Source: Candidatus Nealsonbacteria bacterium
GTDB lineage: Bacteria > Patescibacteriota > Minisyncoccia > Minisyncoccales > PWPS01
DNA: 64,000 nucleotides
Direction: 5' to 3'
Assembly: GCA_003560665.1 (NCBI GenBank)
Contig: PWKK01000023.1
Span: 110,417 to 174,416 of the forward strand
The position numbers were made by a program, and so were the translations under genes. This document shows positions 56,421-64,000 of this stretch, piece after piece. How positions within the stretch are numbered: the first letter of the stretch is position 1; each line of letters begins with the position of its first letter. Below the pieces are notes generated by a model, which made no database searches, was not told the origin of the DNA, and worked only from the letters and a program-made list of their open reading frames with translations.

Positions 56421-57422
56421 ATGTTTTCACGAAAAATAGGAATTGACTTGGGGACTTGTAACTCACTTGTCTTTGCACCGGGAAAAGAGATTATTTTAAA
56501 CGAACCTTCGGTTGTTGCGGTTGGTGTTTATGAGAACAAGATTCTTGCTGTCGGAAAGGAGGCAAAGGAGATGACCGGCAGAACACCCGATGAAATCAAG
56601 GTTTACCGCCCTCTCAAGGATGGAGTGATTGCCGAATACAGGATAACGGAAGCAATGTTGCGTTACTTTATTCAACGGTCTCCCGGGTTGAAGATTATCA
56701 AACCGGAGCTTATGATTGGTGTTCCTGCAGGAATAACATCGACGGAGAAAAGAGCTGTTATCGAAGCAGGCATTTCTGCCGGAGCGAGAGCGGTCTATAC
56801 GGTTAAGGAGCCTATTTTGGCTGCCATCGGTGCTGGCATTCCGATAGCTTCGTGCTCCGGTCATATGGTTGTCGATATCGGTGGTGGAACTACCGAGATA
56901 GCGGTTATTTCACTGGGAGGAATAGTTGTTGCGCGATCAGTCAGAAGCGGGGGAGACAGTATGGATTTTGCAATCTCGAACTATATCAAAGAGAAGCACA
57001 ATGTTGCCCTTGGTGAAAAAAGCATTGAAGATGTGAAAACAAACATCGGTACGGCAATCAAGGAAAAGGATCAGAAAATAATGGAAGTACGCGGAAGAGA
57101 TCTTATCTCCGGACTTCCAAAGACGATTAAAGTTTCCTCTAATGAAGTTCACGAGGCGATATCTGGAACGCTGGAAGAGATTATAAAAGTTGTCAAACAG
57201 ATATTGAGAGAAACGCCACCTGAGCTTTCAGCCGATATTATGGACAAGGGGATGGTTCTTACGGGAGGGGGAGCTCTTTTGGCTAATATTGACGTTCTCG
57301 TTACCGAGAAAACGGGAGTGCCTTCTTTTGTTTCCGAAGAGGCTCTTCTTTCCGTCGCACGAGGAGCAGGAGTTGTACTTGATAATTTGGACACTTACAA
57401 GAGAAGTATCATGAGTAGGTAA
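56421..57422 (+). CDS. mreB: Rod shape-determining protein MreB/Mbl
   Basis: IGIDLGT, EPSVVA, VDIGGGTT, LTGGGA. Confidence 0.95.
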   Translation: MFSRKIGIDLGTCNSLVFAPGKEIILNEPSVVAVGVYENKILAVGKEAKEMTGRTPDEIKVYRPLKDGVIAEYRITEAMLRYFIQRSPGLKIIKPELMIGVPAGITSTEKRAVIEAGISAGARAVYTVKEPILAAIGAGIPIASCSGHMVVDIGGGTTEIAVISLGGIVVARSVRSGGDSMDFAISNYIKEKHNVALGEKSIEDVKTNIGTAIKEKDQKIMEVRGRDLISGLPKTIKVSSNEVHEAISGTLEEIIKVVKQILRETPPELSADIMDKGMVLTGGGALLANIDVLVTEKTGVPSFVSEEALLSVARGAGVVLDNLDTYKRSIMSR

Positions 57423-57424
57423 TT

Positions 57425-58297
57425 ATGATTATCGGCCACAAAGCGCAACAGAAAAAATTACGATTGTTGTTTGAGAAACGACAAATCCCTCATGCGATGC
57501 TGTTTTCCGGCCCCGGAAATGTAGGCAAAAGAACTATTGCCCTTTCTTTTTTAAAAATGATTAACTGTGAAGAGAAGAGAGTGTCGTGTAGTGGTTGTCG
57601 GAGTTGCTATGAAATAGACGAGAAGATCCATCCTGATATACTGGAAGTTTATCCGGAGAACAAGGAGATACACGTTAAGCAAATAGAAAAAGCAATTGAA
57701 AAAACTTCCTATAAAGGAATAAAAGCGAGACATAAGGGGGTTGTTATTGATCAGGCTCATCTTATGAACACGCAAGCGCAAAACGCTCTTTTAAAAACAC
57801 TAGAAGAACCATCAAAGGAAACGGTAATAATTCTTGTAAGCGAGTATCCTTACGTTCTTCTTCCCACCATTCTCTCAAGAGTTTTTAGAATTAAATTTCT
57901 TCTTGTGCCCTCTCGGGAGATAGAAAATGGTATCAAAGATGTAAGTATTGCGAAGATGTCGTTTGGAAGACCGGGAAAGGCGATAGAATACCTTCAAACA
58001 CCTGAAAAAAAGAAAAATGCGGAGAAAGAAGAAAAAGAATTGAGAGCGATGCTAAAAAAAGAAATTTCTTTTCGTTTTTCGTTAATTAAAAAAGTTACCG
58101 AAGAAGAAAGAGAAGAAGAGTTTTTAAACTGTTGGTTAAAAGTAATGCAAGAAGAAATGCTTGAGAAATTAAGAAAGAAAAAGGAAACAGGTGCTCTTCG
58201 TTTAGCGCTCAAGGAGGTAGAAGAGGCAATCTTTCTTTACTCAAAAACAAACACAAACACCCGCCTTTTATTAGAAAAAATTGCAATAAAAATATAA
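57425..58297 (+). CDS. holB: DNA polymerase III delta' subunit
   Basis: HAMLFSGP, CSGCRSC, HPD, NALLKTLEEP, TILSR. Confidence 0.9.
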   Translation: MIIGHKAQQKKLRLLFEKRQIPHAMLFSGPGNVGKRTIALSFLKMINCEEKRVSCSGCRSCYEIDEKIHPDILEVYPENKEIHVKQIEKAIEKTSYKGIKARHKGVVIDQAHLMNTQAQNALLKTLEEPSKETVIILVSEYPYVLLPTILSRVFRIKFLLVPSREIENGIKDVSIAKMSFGRPGKAIEYLQTPEKKKNAEKEEKELRAMLKKEISFRFSLIKKVTEEEREEEFLNCWLKVMQEEMLEKLRKKKETGALRLALKEVEEAIFLYSKTNTNTRLLLEKIAIKI

Positions 58298-58308
58298 GTA
58301 AAAAATAT

Positions 58309-58869
58309 ATGTCTGAATATAAAAAAATAGTGGAAAGAGTTAAGCCGGAAATGGAAAAAACAATCAAGCATCTCGGAGAAGAGTTGAAAAAAATAAGGGC
58401 CGACAGGGCAACACCTTCTCTGGTGGAAGATATTGTTATAGATTGTTTTGATCAAAGGTTGCCACTAAAACAGTTGGCCGCTATCTCCTGCCCGGAACAA
58501 AGACAAATACTTATCCAACCGTGGGACAAGAACTATACTAAAGATATTATTGCCGCCCTTCAGAAAGCGGAAGCGGAACTTAGCCCGATGGTAGAAGGGA
58601 ATTCTATTCGTATTATTCTTCCTCCGCTTACCGAAGATTACAGAGAAAAACTTTTAAAAATTCTTTCGGTCAAAAAGGAAGATGCAAGAGTTAGTTTGAA
58701 GCGAGCGAGAGAAGATGCGTGGAAAGAAATTCAAGGAAAAGTACATTCGGGAGAGGTGACAGAGGATGAAAAGTTTAGAGCGAAAGAAGAGTTACAAAAA
58801 CTTATTGACGAATACAATAAAAAAGTTGATGAAATTATTGAGAAAAGAGAAGAAGAAATAAAAACATAA
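58309..58869 (+). CDS. frr: Ribosome recycling factor
   Basis: IRADRA, IQPWD, PPLTE. Confidence 0.96.
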   Translation: MSEYKKIVERVKPEMEKTIKHLGEELKKIRADRATPSLVEDIVIDCFDQRLPLKQLAAISCPEQRQILIQPWDKNYTKDIIAALQKAEAELSPMVEGNSIRIILPPLTEDYREKLLKILSVKKEDARVSLKRAREDAWKEIQGKVHSGEVTEDEKFRAKEELQKLIDEYNKKVDEIIEKREEEIKT

Positions 58870-58871
58870 TT

Positions 58872-59942
58872 ATGTCCCCTATTTTAATCATTATATTAAG
58901 CCTAGTTACCCTTATCTTTCTCCATGAACTTGGTCATTTTTTGCTTGCTAAAAAATACGGCGTTAGAGTAGAAGAGTTTGGAATAGGGATTCCACCCCGT
59001 CTTTTTGGAAAAAAGATAGGTGAGACGATTTATTCTTTAAACTGGATTCCTTTGGGAGGATTTGTTAAGCTTTACGGAGAAGACAGAAAGGTTAGTGATG
59101 AGAGAAGTTTTTCTTCGAAACCTCTTTATCAGAGAGCGCTTATTGTTTTTGGGGGTGTAGCGGCTTTTTTTGTTATCGCTTTCTTTATTTTTTCGATCCA
59201 ATCGGTAGTGGGTATCAGAACGGTTGCAGGGGGAGAAAGCAGTATGGCAGAAGTAGTCGGTGAACCGGAGATTGTTATTACAGGAGTAGTCGATGAGTCA
59301 CCAGCAAAAGAAGCGGGAATACAGGGAGGGGATATTCTTCTTGGAATAGATGAAAAAAAAATAGAAACGATGGAAGATGCGAGAGTCATTTTGGAAGGAA
59401 AGAAAGGAAAAGAAACAGAAATTGTGGTTCAGCGAGGAGGCGAAGAAGTTTCCTTTTCTCTGGTACCAAGAGAAGAGTATGCGGAAGGAGAGGGGGCGGC
59501 GGGAATTGCCATGGCGACAACGGTTATTGAAAAATATCCACTCTATTATGCACCGGTTAAAGGAGCTTCAATGACGGGAGGAATGACACTGATAGTTTTG
59601 CGTGGTTTTGGGATGCTTTTTTCCTCTCTCCTTACCGGAGCATCGCTTCCTCCGGGGATGGAGATCGGAGGTCCTGTCGCTATTGTTGGTATTGGTGCAG
59701 GAGCCTTTACGAGAGGTCTTTCTGATTTTCTTCAATTCCTGGGAGCGATAACCATCTCCTTGGCTGTATTGAATATTATGCCCATCCCGGCTCTCGATGG
59801 AGGAAGGTTGGTTTTTTTGGCAATCGAGAAGATGAAAGGAAATCCTATTTCCGAGAAACTGGAATACGGGCTAAATGCGGTATTCTTTTTCTTGCTTATA
59901 GGACTGATGATTTTTATAACATTTAGAGATTTAGGATTTTAA
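58872..59942 (+). CDS. rseP: RseP-like M50 protease with PDZ domain
   Basis: HELGH, IPLGGFV, SPAKEAG, PIPALDGG. Confidence 0.93.
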   Translation: MSPILIIILSLVTLIFLHELGHFLLAKKYGVRVEEFGIGIPPRLFGKKIGETIYSLNWIPLGGFVKLYGEDRKVSDERSFSSKPLYQRALIVFGGVAAFFVIAFFIFSIQSVVGIRTVAGGESSMAEVVGEPEIVITGVVDESPAKEAGIQGGDILLGIDEKKIETMEDARVILEGKKGKETEIVVQRGGEEVSFSLVPREEYAEGEGAAGIAMATTVIEKYPLYYAPVKGASMTGGMTLIVLRGFGMLFSSLLTGASLPPGMEIGGPVAIVGIGAGAFTRGLSDFLQFLGAITISLAVLNIMPIPALDGGRLVFLAIEKMKGNPISEKLEYGLNAVFFFLLIGLMIFITFRDLGF

Positions 59943-59963
59943 ACAAATTTTTAAAAGAAAAAA

Positions 59964-61433
59964 ATGAATAACAAACAAGAAAAAAAGACAACTGTTGAAG
60001 ATGCAAAAATAAAAATCAAAAAACGATCTGAAAATTTCTCTCAGTGGTATTTGGATGTTATCGCCGCCGGAAAGTTAGCGGACTACTCTCCCGTAAGAGG
60101 GTGCATGGTTATTATGCCGAACGGTTACTCTGTCTGGGAGAATATTCAAAGAGTTCTAGACAAGATGTTCAAGGATACGGGGCATAAAAACGCCTACTTT
60201 CCGATTTTTATACCGGAAAGTTTTTTGAAAAAAGAAGCGGAACATGTTAAGGGCTTTTCTCCTGAGCTGGCGGTTGTAAATTATGCCGGAGGAAAAAAGC
60301 TCGAAGAAAAGTTGGTTGTGAGACCAACATCAGAGACCATTATCTATGATAGTTATGCAAAATGGATACAATCATGGAGAGATTTGCCTGTTTTGATAAA
60401 TCAGTGGGGTAATGTTGTTCGTTGGGAAATGAAAACAAAGCCGTTTCTTCGGACTACCGAATTTTTATGGCAAGAGGGACATACAGCACACGCCACCTAC
60501 GAAGAAGCAGAAAAGGAAGCCCTTCAAATGCTTAACGTTTACCAAAAATTCGTAGAAGAATATCTTGCTCTTTCCGTTGTAATAGGAAGGAAATCGGAAA
60601 GCGAAAAGTTTGCCGGTGCACTGGATACATACACCTTAGAGTCTTTAATGCAAGACAAAAAGGCTCTTCAGTGTGGGACATCTCACAACTTGGGACAGAA
60701 TTTTGCAAAAGCCTTTGATATCAGTTTTCTTGATCAAGAAGGAAACGAGGAGTATGTGTGGCAGACTTCGTGGGGAGTTAGCACGCGCCTTATAGGAGCC
60801 CTTATTATGACTCACGGTGATGACAAAGGAGTAGTTATGCCTCCTCGTATTTCACCTCTTCATTTAGTATTTGTTCCCATTTGGAAAAATAAAGAGGAAA
60901 AGAAAAAAAACACAAAAGAAGCTCAAAGGCTTGCCGAGTCACTACCCGAAGAAGTAAGGTCTCATATCGATGATCGTGACATCAGGCCCGGATGGCGATA
61001 TTATGAGTGGGAGCGTAGAGGAACACCACTCAGAATCGAGATCGGTCCCAACGATGTTGAGAAAAACCAGTCGGTTTTGGTAAGAAGAGATACTGGTGAG
61101 AAGATAACTGTACCAAATAAAGATTTTTCGCGAAAAGTTGTTCAAATGCTTGAGATTATTCAAAAAAACCTCTTTGAGCGTGCAAAGAAAATGCAAGAAG
61201 AAAATACGCACACTGTTGAAACATGGGAGGATTTTTGCGAATTAATTCGAACAAAAGGAGGTTTTATTAAAGCACCTTGGTGCGGACTTGATGATTGTGA
61301 GGCCAAGATTAAAGAGGAAACCAAAGCGACGATTCGTTGTATTCCTTTTGATGAAAGTAGCGCAAAAAAGAGTTGTTGTATATACTGTGGGAAACAAGCA
61401 CGGGATGTAGCGCTTTTTGCCCAGGCTTATTAG
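59964..61433 (+). CDS. proS: Proline--tRNA ligase, archaeal/eukaryotic type
   Basis: FSQWY, RPTSET, FLWQEGH, QCGTSH, C-terminal zinc domain ending AY. Confidence 0.96.
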   Translation: MNNKQEKKTTVEDAKIKIKKRSENFSQWYLDVIAAGKLADYSPVRGCMVIMPNGYSVWENIQRVLDKMFKDTGHKNAYFPIFIPESFLKKEAEHVKGFSPELAVVNYAGGKKLEEKLVVRPTSETIIYDSYAKWIQSWRDLPVLINQWGNVVRWEMKTKPFLRTTEFLWQEGHTAHATYEEAEKEALQMLNVYQKFVEEYLALSVVIGRKSESEKFAGALDTYTLESLMQDKKALQCGTSHNLGQNFAKAFDISFLDQEGNEEYVWQTSWGVSTRLIGALIMTHGDDKGVVMPPRISPLHLVFVPIWKNKEEKKKNTKEAQRLAESLPEEVRSHIDDRDIRPGWRYYEWERRGTPLRIEIGPNDVEKNQSVLVRRDTGEKITVPNKDFSRKVVQMLEIIQKNLFERAKKMQEENTHTVETWEDFCELIRTKGGFIKAPWCGLDDCEAKIKEETKATIRCIPFDESSAKKSCCIYCGKQARDVALFAQAY

Positions 61434-61452
61434 TTTGTTAAAGTCATAAAAT

Positions 61453-62505
61453 ATGTTTAAGAAATTGTGGAGCAAGCTTTCTTTAGATATCGGTATCGAT
61501 TTGGGAACTGCCAACTGCTTGGTGTATGTAAGAGGAAAAGGCATTACGATGTCTGAACCATCAGTTGTCGCTGTTAACAATAAAACAGGACAGATTTTGG
61601 CAATTGGAGAAGAGGCGCGAAAGATGGTTGGTAAAACTCCGGGACACATCGTGGCAACGAGACCCCTTGTTGCCGGAGTGGTGTCTGATTTTGATGTAAC
61701 CGAGCAGATGATCCGCTATTTCATTGAAAAAGCATATGAAGCGGGATTTCCTATTCATGCCCGTCCACGAGTAGTAATCGGAATTCCTTGCGGAGTTACC
61801 GAAGTAGAGAGAAGAGCGGTTGAGGATGCCGGAAAAAACGCCGGAGCAGGACAAATTTATCTTATCGAAGAGCCAATGGCGGCAGCGATTGGTGTTCGTT
61901 TGCCGATTCAAGATCCGGGCGGTAATTTTGTTATTGATATCGGGGGAGGAACAACGGAAGTAGCGGTTATTTCCCTTGGAGGGATAGTAATTTCCAAGAG
62001 CTTGCGTGTTGCCGGAGATAAGCTTAATGAAGACATTATTAACTTTGCCGAAAGAGAGTATAAGCTTCTTATAGGAGAAAGGACCGCGGAGGACGTAAAG
62101 ATAAGAATTGGTTCTGCCAGCCCGTTAGAGGAAAAAAAGGAGTCTTCTATTAAGGGAAGAAACTTGGTTACTGGACTCCCGGAAGAGGTTTTTGTTACTG
62201 ATACCGATATCCGTAAAGCAATGGAAAAATCAATCAAGGAAATTGTAAAGACGATTAAGGACACGGTAGAAGAAACTCCACCGGAACTTTTAGCGGATAT
62301 TATGTCAAAAGGAATATATCTTTTGGGAGGAGGGGGCCTTCTGAAGGGACTTGATAGATTAATTGAAGAAGAGGTTAAAATAAAAACACAAATAGGTGAT
62401 GATCCTTTAACCGCTGTTGTGCGTGGTGCCGGATATGCGTTAGAACACATTGATAAATACACAGAAGTATTCTTGGAAACAAAGGAGATTGACCCGCCGA
62501 ATTAA
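61453..62505 (+). CDS. mreB: Rod shape-determining protein MreB (second paralog)
   Basis: IGIDLGTAN, TEVERRA, DIGGGTTE. Confidence 0.95.
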   Translation: MFKKLWSKLSLDIGIDLGTANCLVYVRGKGITMSEPSVVAVNNKTGQILAIGEEARKMVGKTPGHIVATRPLVAGVVSDFDVTEQMIRYFIEKAYEAGFPIHARPRVVIGIPCGVTEVERRAVEDAGKNAGAGQIYLIEEPMAAAIGVRLPIQDPGGNFVIDIGGGTTEVAVISLGGIVISKSLRVAGDKLNEDIINFAEREYKLLIGERTAEDVKIRIGSASPLEEKKESSIKGRNLVTGLPEEVFVTDTDIRKAMEKSIKEIVKTIKDTVEETPPELLADIMSKGIYLLGGGGLLKGLDRLIEEEVKIKTQIGDDPLTAVVRGAGYALEHIDKYTEVFLETKEIDPPN

Positions 62506-62543
62506 TAAATCTAGGGAATGATTAATTTGCTTTATTTTTCAAT

Positions 62544-62825
62544 ATGCATAAAAAAGAAATAGAAAGGTTGGCTTTTTTTGCCCGCATAAAACTAGACCGG
62601 GAAGAGCTGAATAATGCTCCCCAAGAGATACAATCTATTCTGCATTATATCCAAAAGCTTAGTGATGTCGATACCGAGGGAGTAGACCCTCTTTTTCACT
62701 TTCCGGAGTTGGAAAATATAACCCGAGAAGATACTGCGGAAACGGTAGACAGGGAAACGCAAAAAAGAATGATGGGGATGGGAAAAGACAAAGATGATTA
62801 CTTAAGAGTGGAGTCGATATTATGA
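62544..62825 (+). CDS. gatC: Asp/Glu-tRNA amidotransferase subunit C
   Basis: LAFFARI..SILHYIQKL..VDT..RED; overlaps the gatA start. Confidence 0.88.
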   Translation: MHKKEIERLAFFARIKLDREELNNAPQEIQSILHYIQKLSDVDTEGVDPLFHFPELENITREDTAETVDRETQKRMMGMGKDKDDYLRVESIL

Positions 62826-64000
62826 CGATTAAAGAAACACAAGAAAAATTAAAAAGAAAAGAGATATCTCACCGAGAAATGGTATCTTCCTTTCTTTCAC
62901 GAATAAAAGAAAGAAACGAAAAGACCAACTCTCTTCTCTCGGTTTTTGAAGATGTAATAGACAAGGAGAGTAGCGTGAAAGAAGATCTTCCCCTTTACGG
63001 AGCTGTTTTTGTAGTTAAGGATAATATCTTGATAAAAGATGAGAGATGTACTTCCGGATCAAAGATACTTGAGCATTATGTTGCTCCTTTTGATGCCACT
63101 GTTATCGAAAAGATAAAAGAAGGAGGGGGTGTTTTTGTCGGAAAAGGAAATATGGATGAGTTTGCAATGGGTTCTTCTACTGAAAACTCTGCATTTGGAC
63201 CTGCTAGAAACCCCCTTGATCTAGAAAGAGTTCCTGGAGGATCTTCGGGGGGGCCTGCAGCGGCTGTTTCTGACGGGATGTGCAATGTGGCACTGGGGTC
63301 TGATACAGGAGGATCGATCAGGCAACCCTCCGCCTTTTGTGGAGTGGTTGGGTTTAAACCGACCTATGGTACGGTTTCCAGAAGCGGGGTTATCGCGATG
63401 GCTTCTTCTTTTGATCAAGTCGGGCCTATTGCAAAAAATGTAGAAGACGCAGAGCTTGTTTTTAAAGTGATTCATGGAAAAGATGTGCTCGATTCGGTTA
63501 CCAGTGATCTTGTATCAAAAGTGGTGAAGAAGAAAATCAGAGTGGGTGTTCCGAAAGAATATTTTGTCGAGGGAATAAGCAAGGACATAAAGGAAACGAT
63601 AGAGGGTGCAATTTCTAAAGTTGATGCTTCGGAGTTTGAAGTGGTAGAGATAAGTTTGCCTCACACAGAGTATGCACTCCCCGCATACGAGATAATTATG
63701 GCATCAGAAGTTTCGGCGAATATGGCACGTTATGACGGAATACGCTACGGATTGGAATTTGGGCGACCGGCTGCGAAAAGTATTCAGGACGCTTATCTTA
63801 AAAACAGAGGGGAAGGATTTGGAAAAGAAGTAAAGAGAAGAGTAATTTTAGGAACATATGCCCTTTCTGCGGGGTATTATGATGCCTACTACGTTAAAGC
63901 ACAAAAAATAAGGGCGCTTATTGCCGAGGACTTTAAAAAAGCTTTTGCGAAAGTGGATGTGATTCTTACTCCCACGACTCCGACTCTTCCCTTTAAAATA
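62822..64000 (+). CDS. gatA: Asp/Glu-tRNA amidotransferase subunit A (runs off the window end)
   Basis: VKDN, MDEFAMGSSTE, PGGSSGG, GSDTGGSIRQP, KPTYG, RYDG. Confidence 0.96.
   Translation, partial: MTIKETQEKLKRKEISHREMVSSFLSRIKERNEKTNSLLSVFEDVIDKESSVKEDLPLYGAVFVVKDNILIKDERCTSGSKILEHYVAPFDATVIEKIKEGGGVFVGKGNMDEFAMGSSTENSAFGPARNPLDLERVPGGSSGGPAAAVSDGMCNVALGSDTGGSIRQPSAFCGVVGFKPTYGTVSRSGVIAMASSFDQVGPIAKNVEDAELVFKVIHGKDVLDSVTSDLVSKVVKKKIRVGVPKEYFVEGISKDIKETIEGAISKVDASEFEVVEISLPHTEYALPAYEIIMASEVSANMARYDGIRYGLEFGRPAAKSIQDAYLKNRGEGFGKEVKRRVILGTYALSAGYYDAYYVKAQKIRALIAEDFKKAFAKVDVILTPTTPTLPFKI

Noticed and set aside
1-64000. UGA-to-Gly recoding (code 25), suggested by the in-frame TGA at 49612
   Set aside because: TGA ends glyA, iscS, rplC, rpsQ, tpiA and gatC at their expected C-termini, often in ATGA overlaps

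Overview
Core-genome window from a Patescibacteria (CPR, Parcubacteria-like) bacterium using genetic code 11. The assignment rests on the missing L30, mostly Shine-Dalgarno-free starts, extended ribosomal proteins, a short AlaRS, an archaeal-type ProRS and type IV pili. It holds a type IV pilus locus (large PilM fusion plus three pilins), tatD-leuS-OFOR-GlmU-like-sugar kinase-glyA-folD, an iscR-iscS-iscU-mnmA-thiI tRNA-thiolation cluster with a divergent radical SAM gene, two tRNAs, a probable compact 6S RNA, the str/S10/spc/alpha ribosomal superoperon interrupted by galT-tpiA-alaS-baseplate-J-like genes, and murA, two mreB, holB, frr, rseP, proS, gatC and gatA. No CRISPR array, integrase, transposase or reverse transcriptase was seen. 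The most interesting signals are non-coding or structural: (1) a stand-alone unit at 15.3-16.2 kb where a candidate attenuator and a candidate RBS-sequestering switch precede two ORFans; (2) an AGG-loop hairpin leader before a DUF5679 zinc-ribbon gene; (3) tRNA-Pro(GGG) with C33; (4) an in-frame UGA in a conserved CPR membrane protein; (5) the PilM-PilN motif-SH3 fusion and DNA-homogenised pilin 5' ends; (6) frequent 16-bp-spacer and near-leaderless promoters. All structure and promoter calls were made by eye and need computational confirmation.
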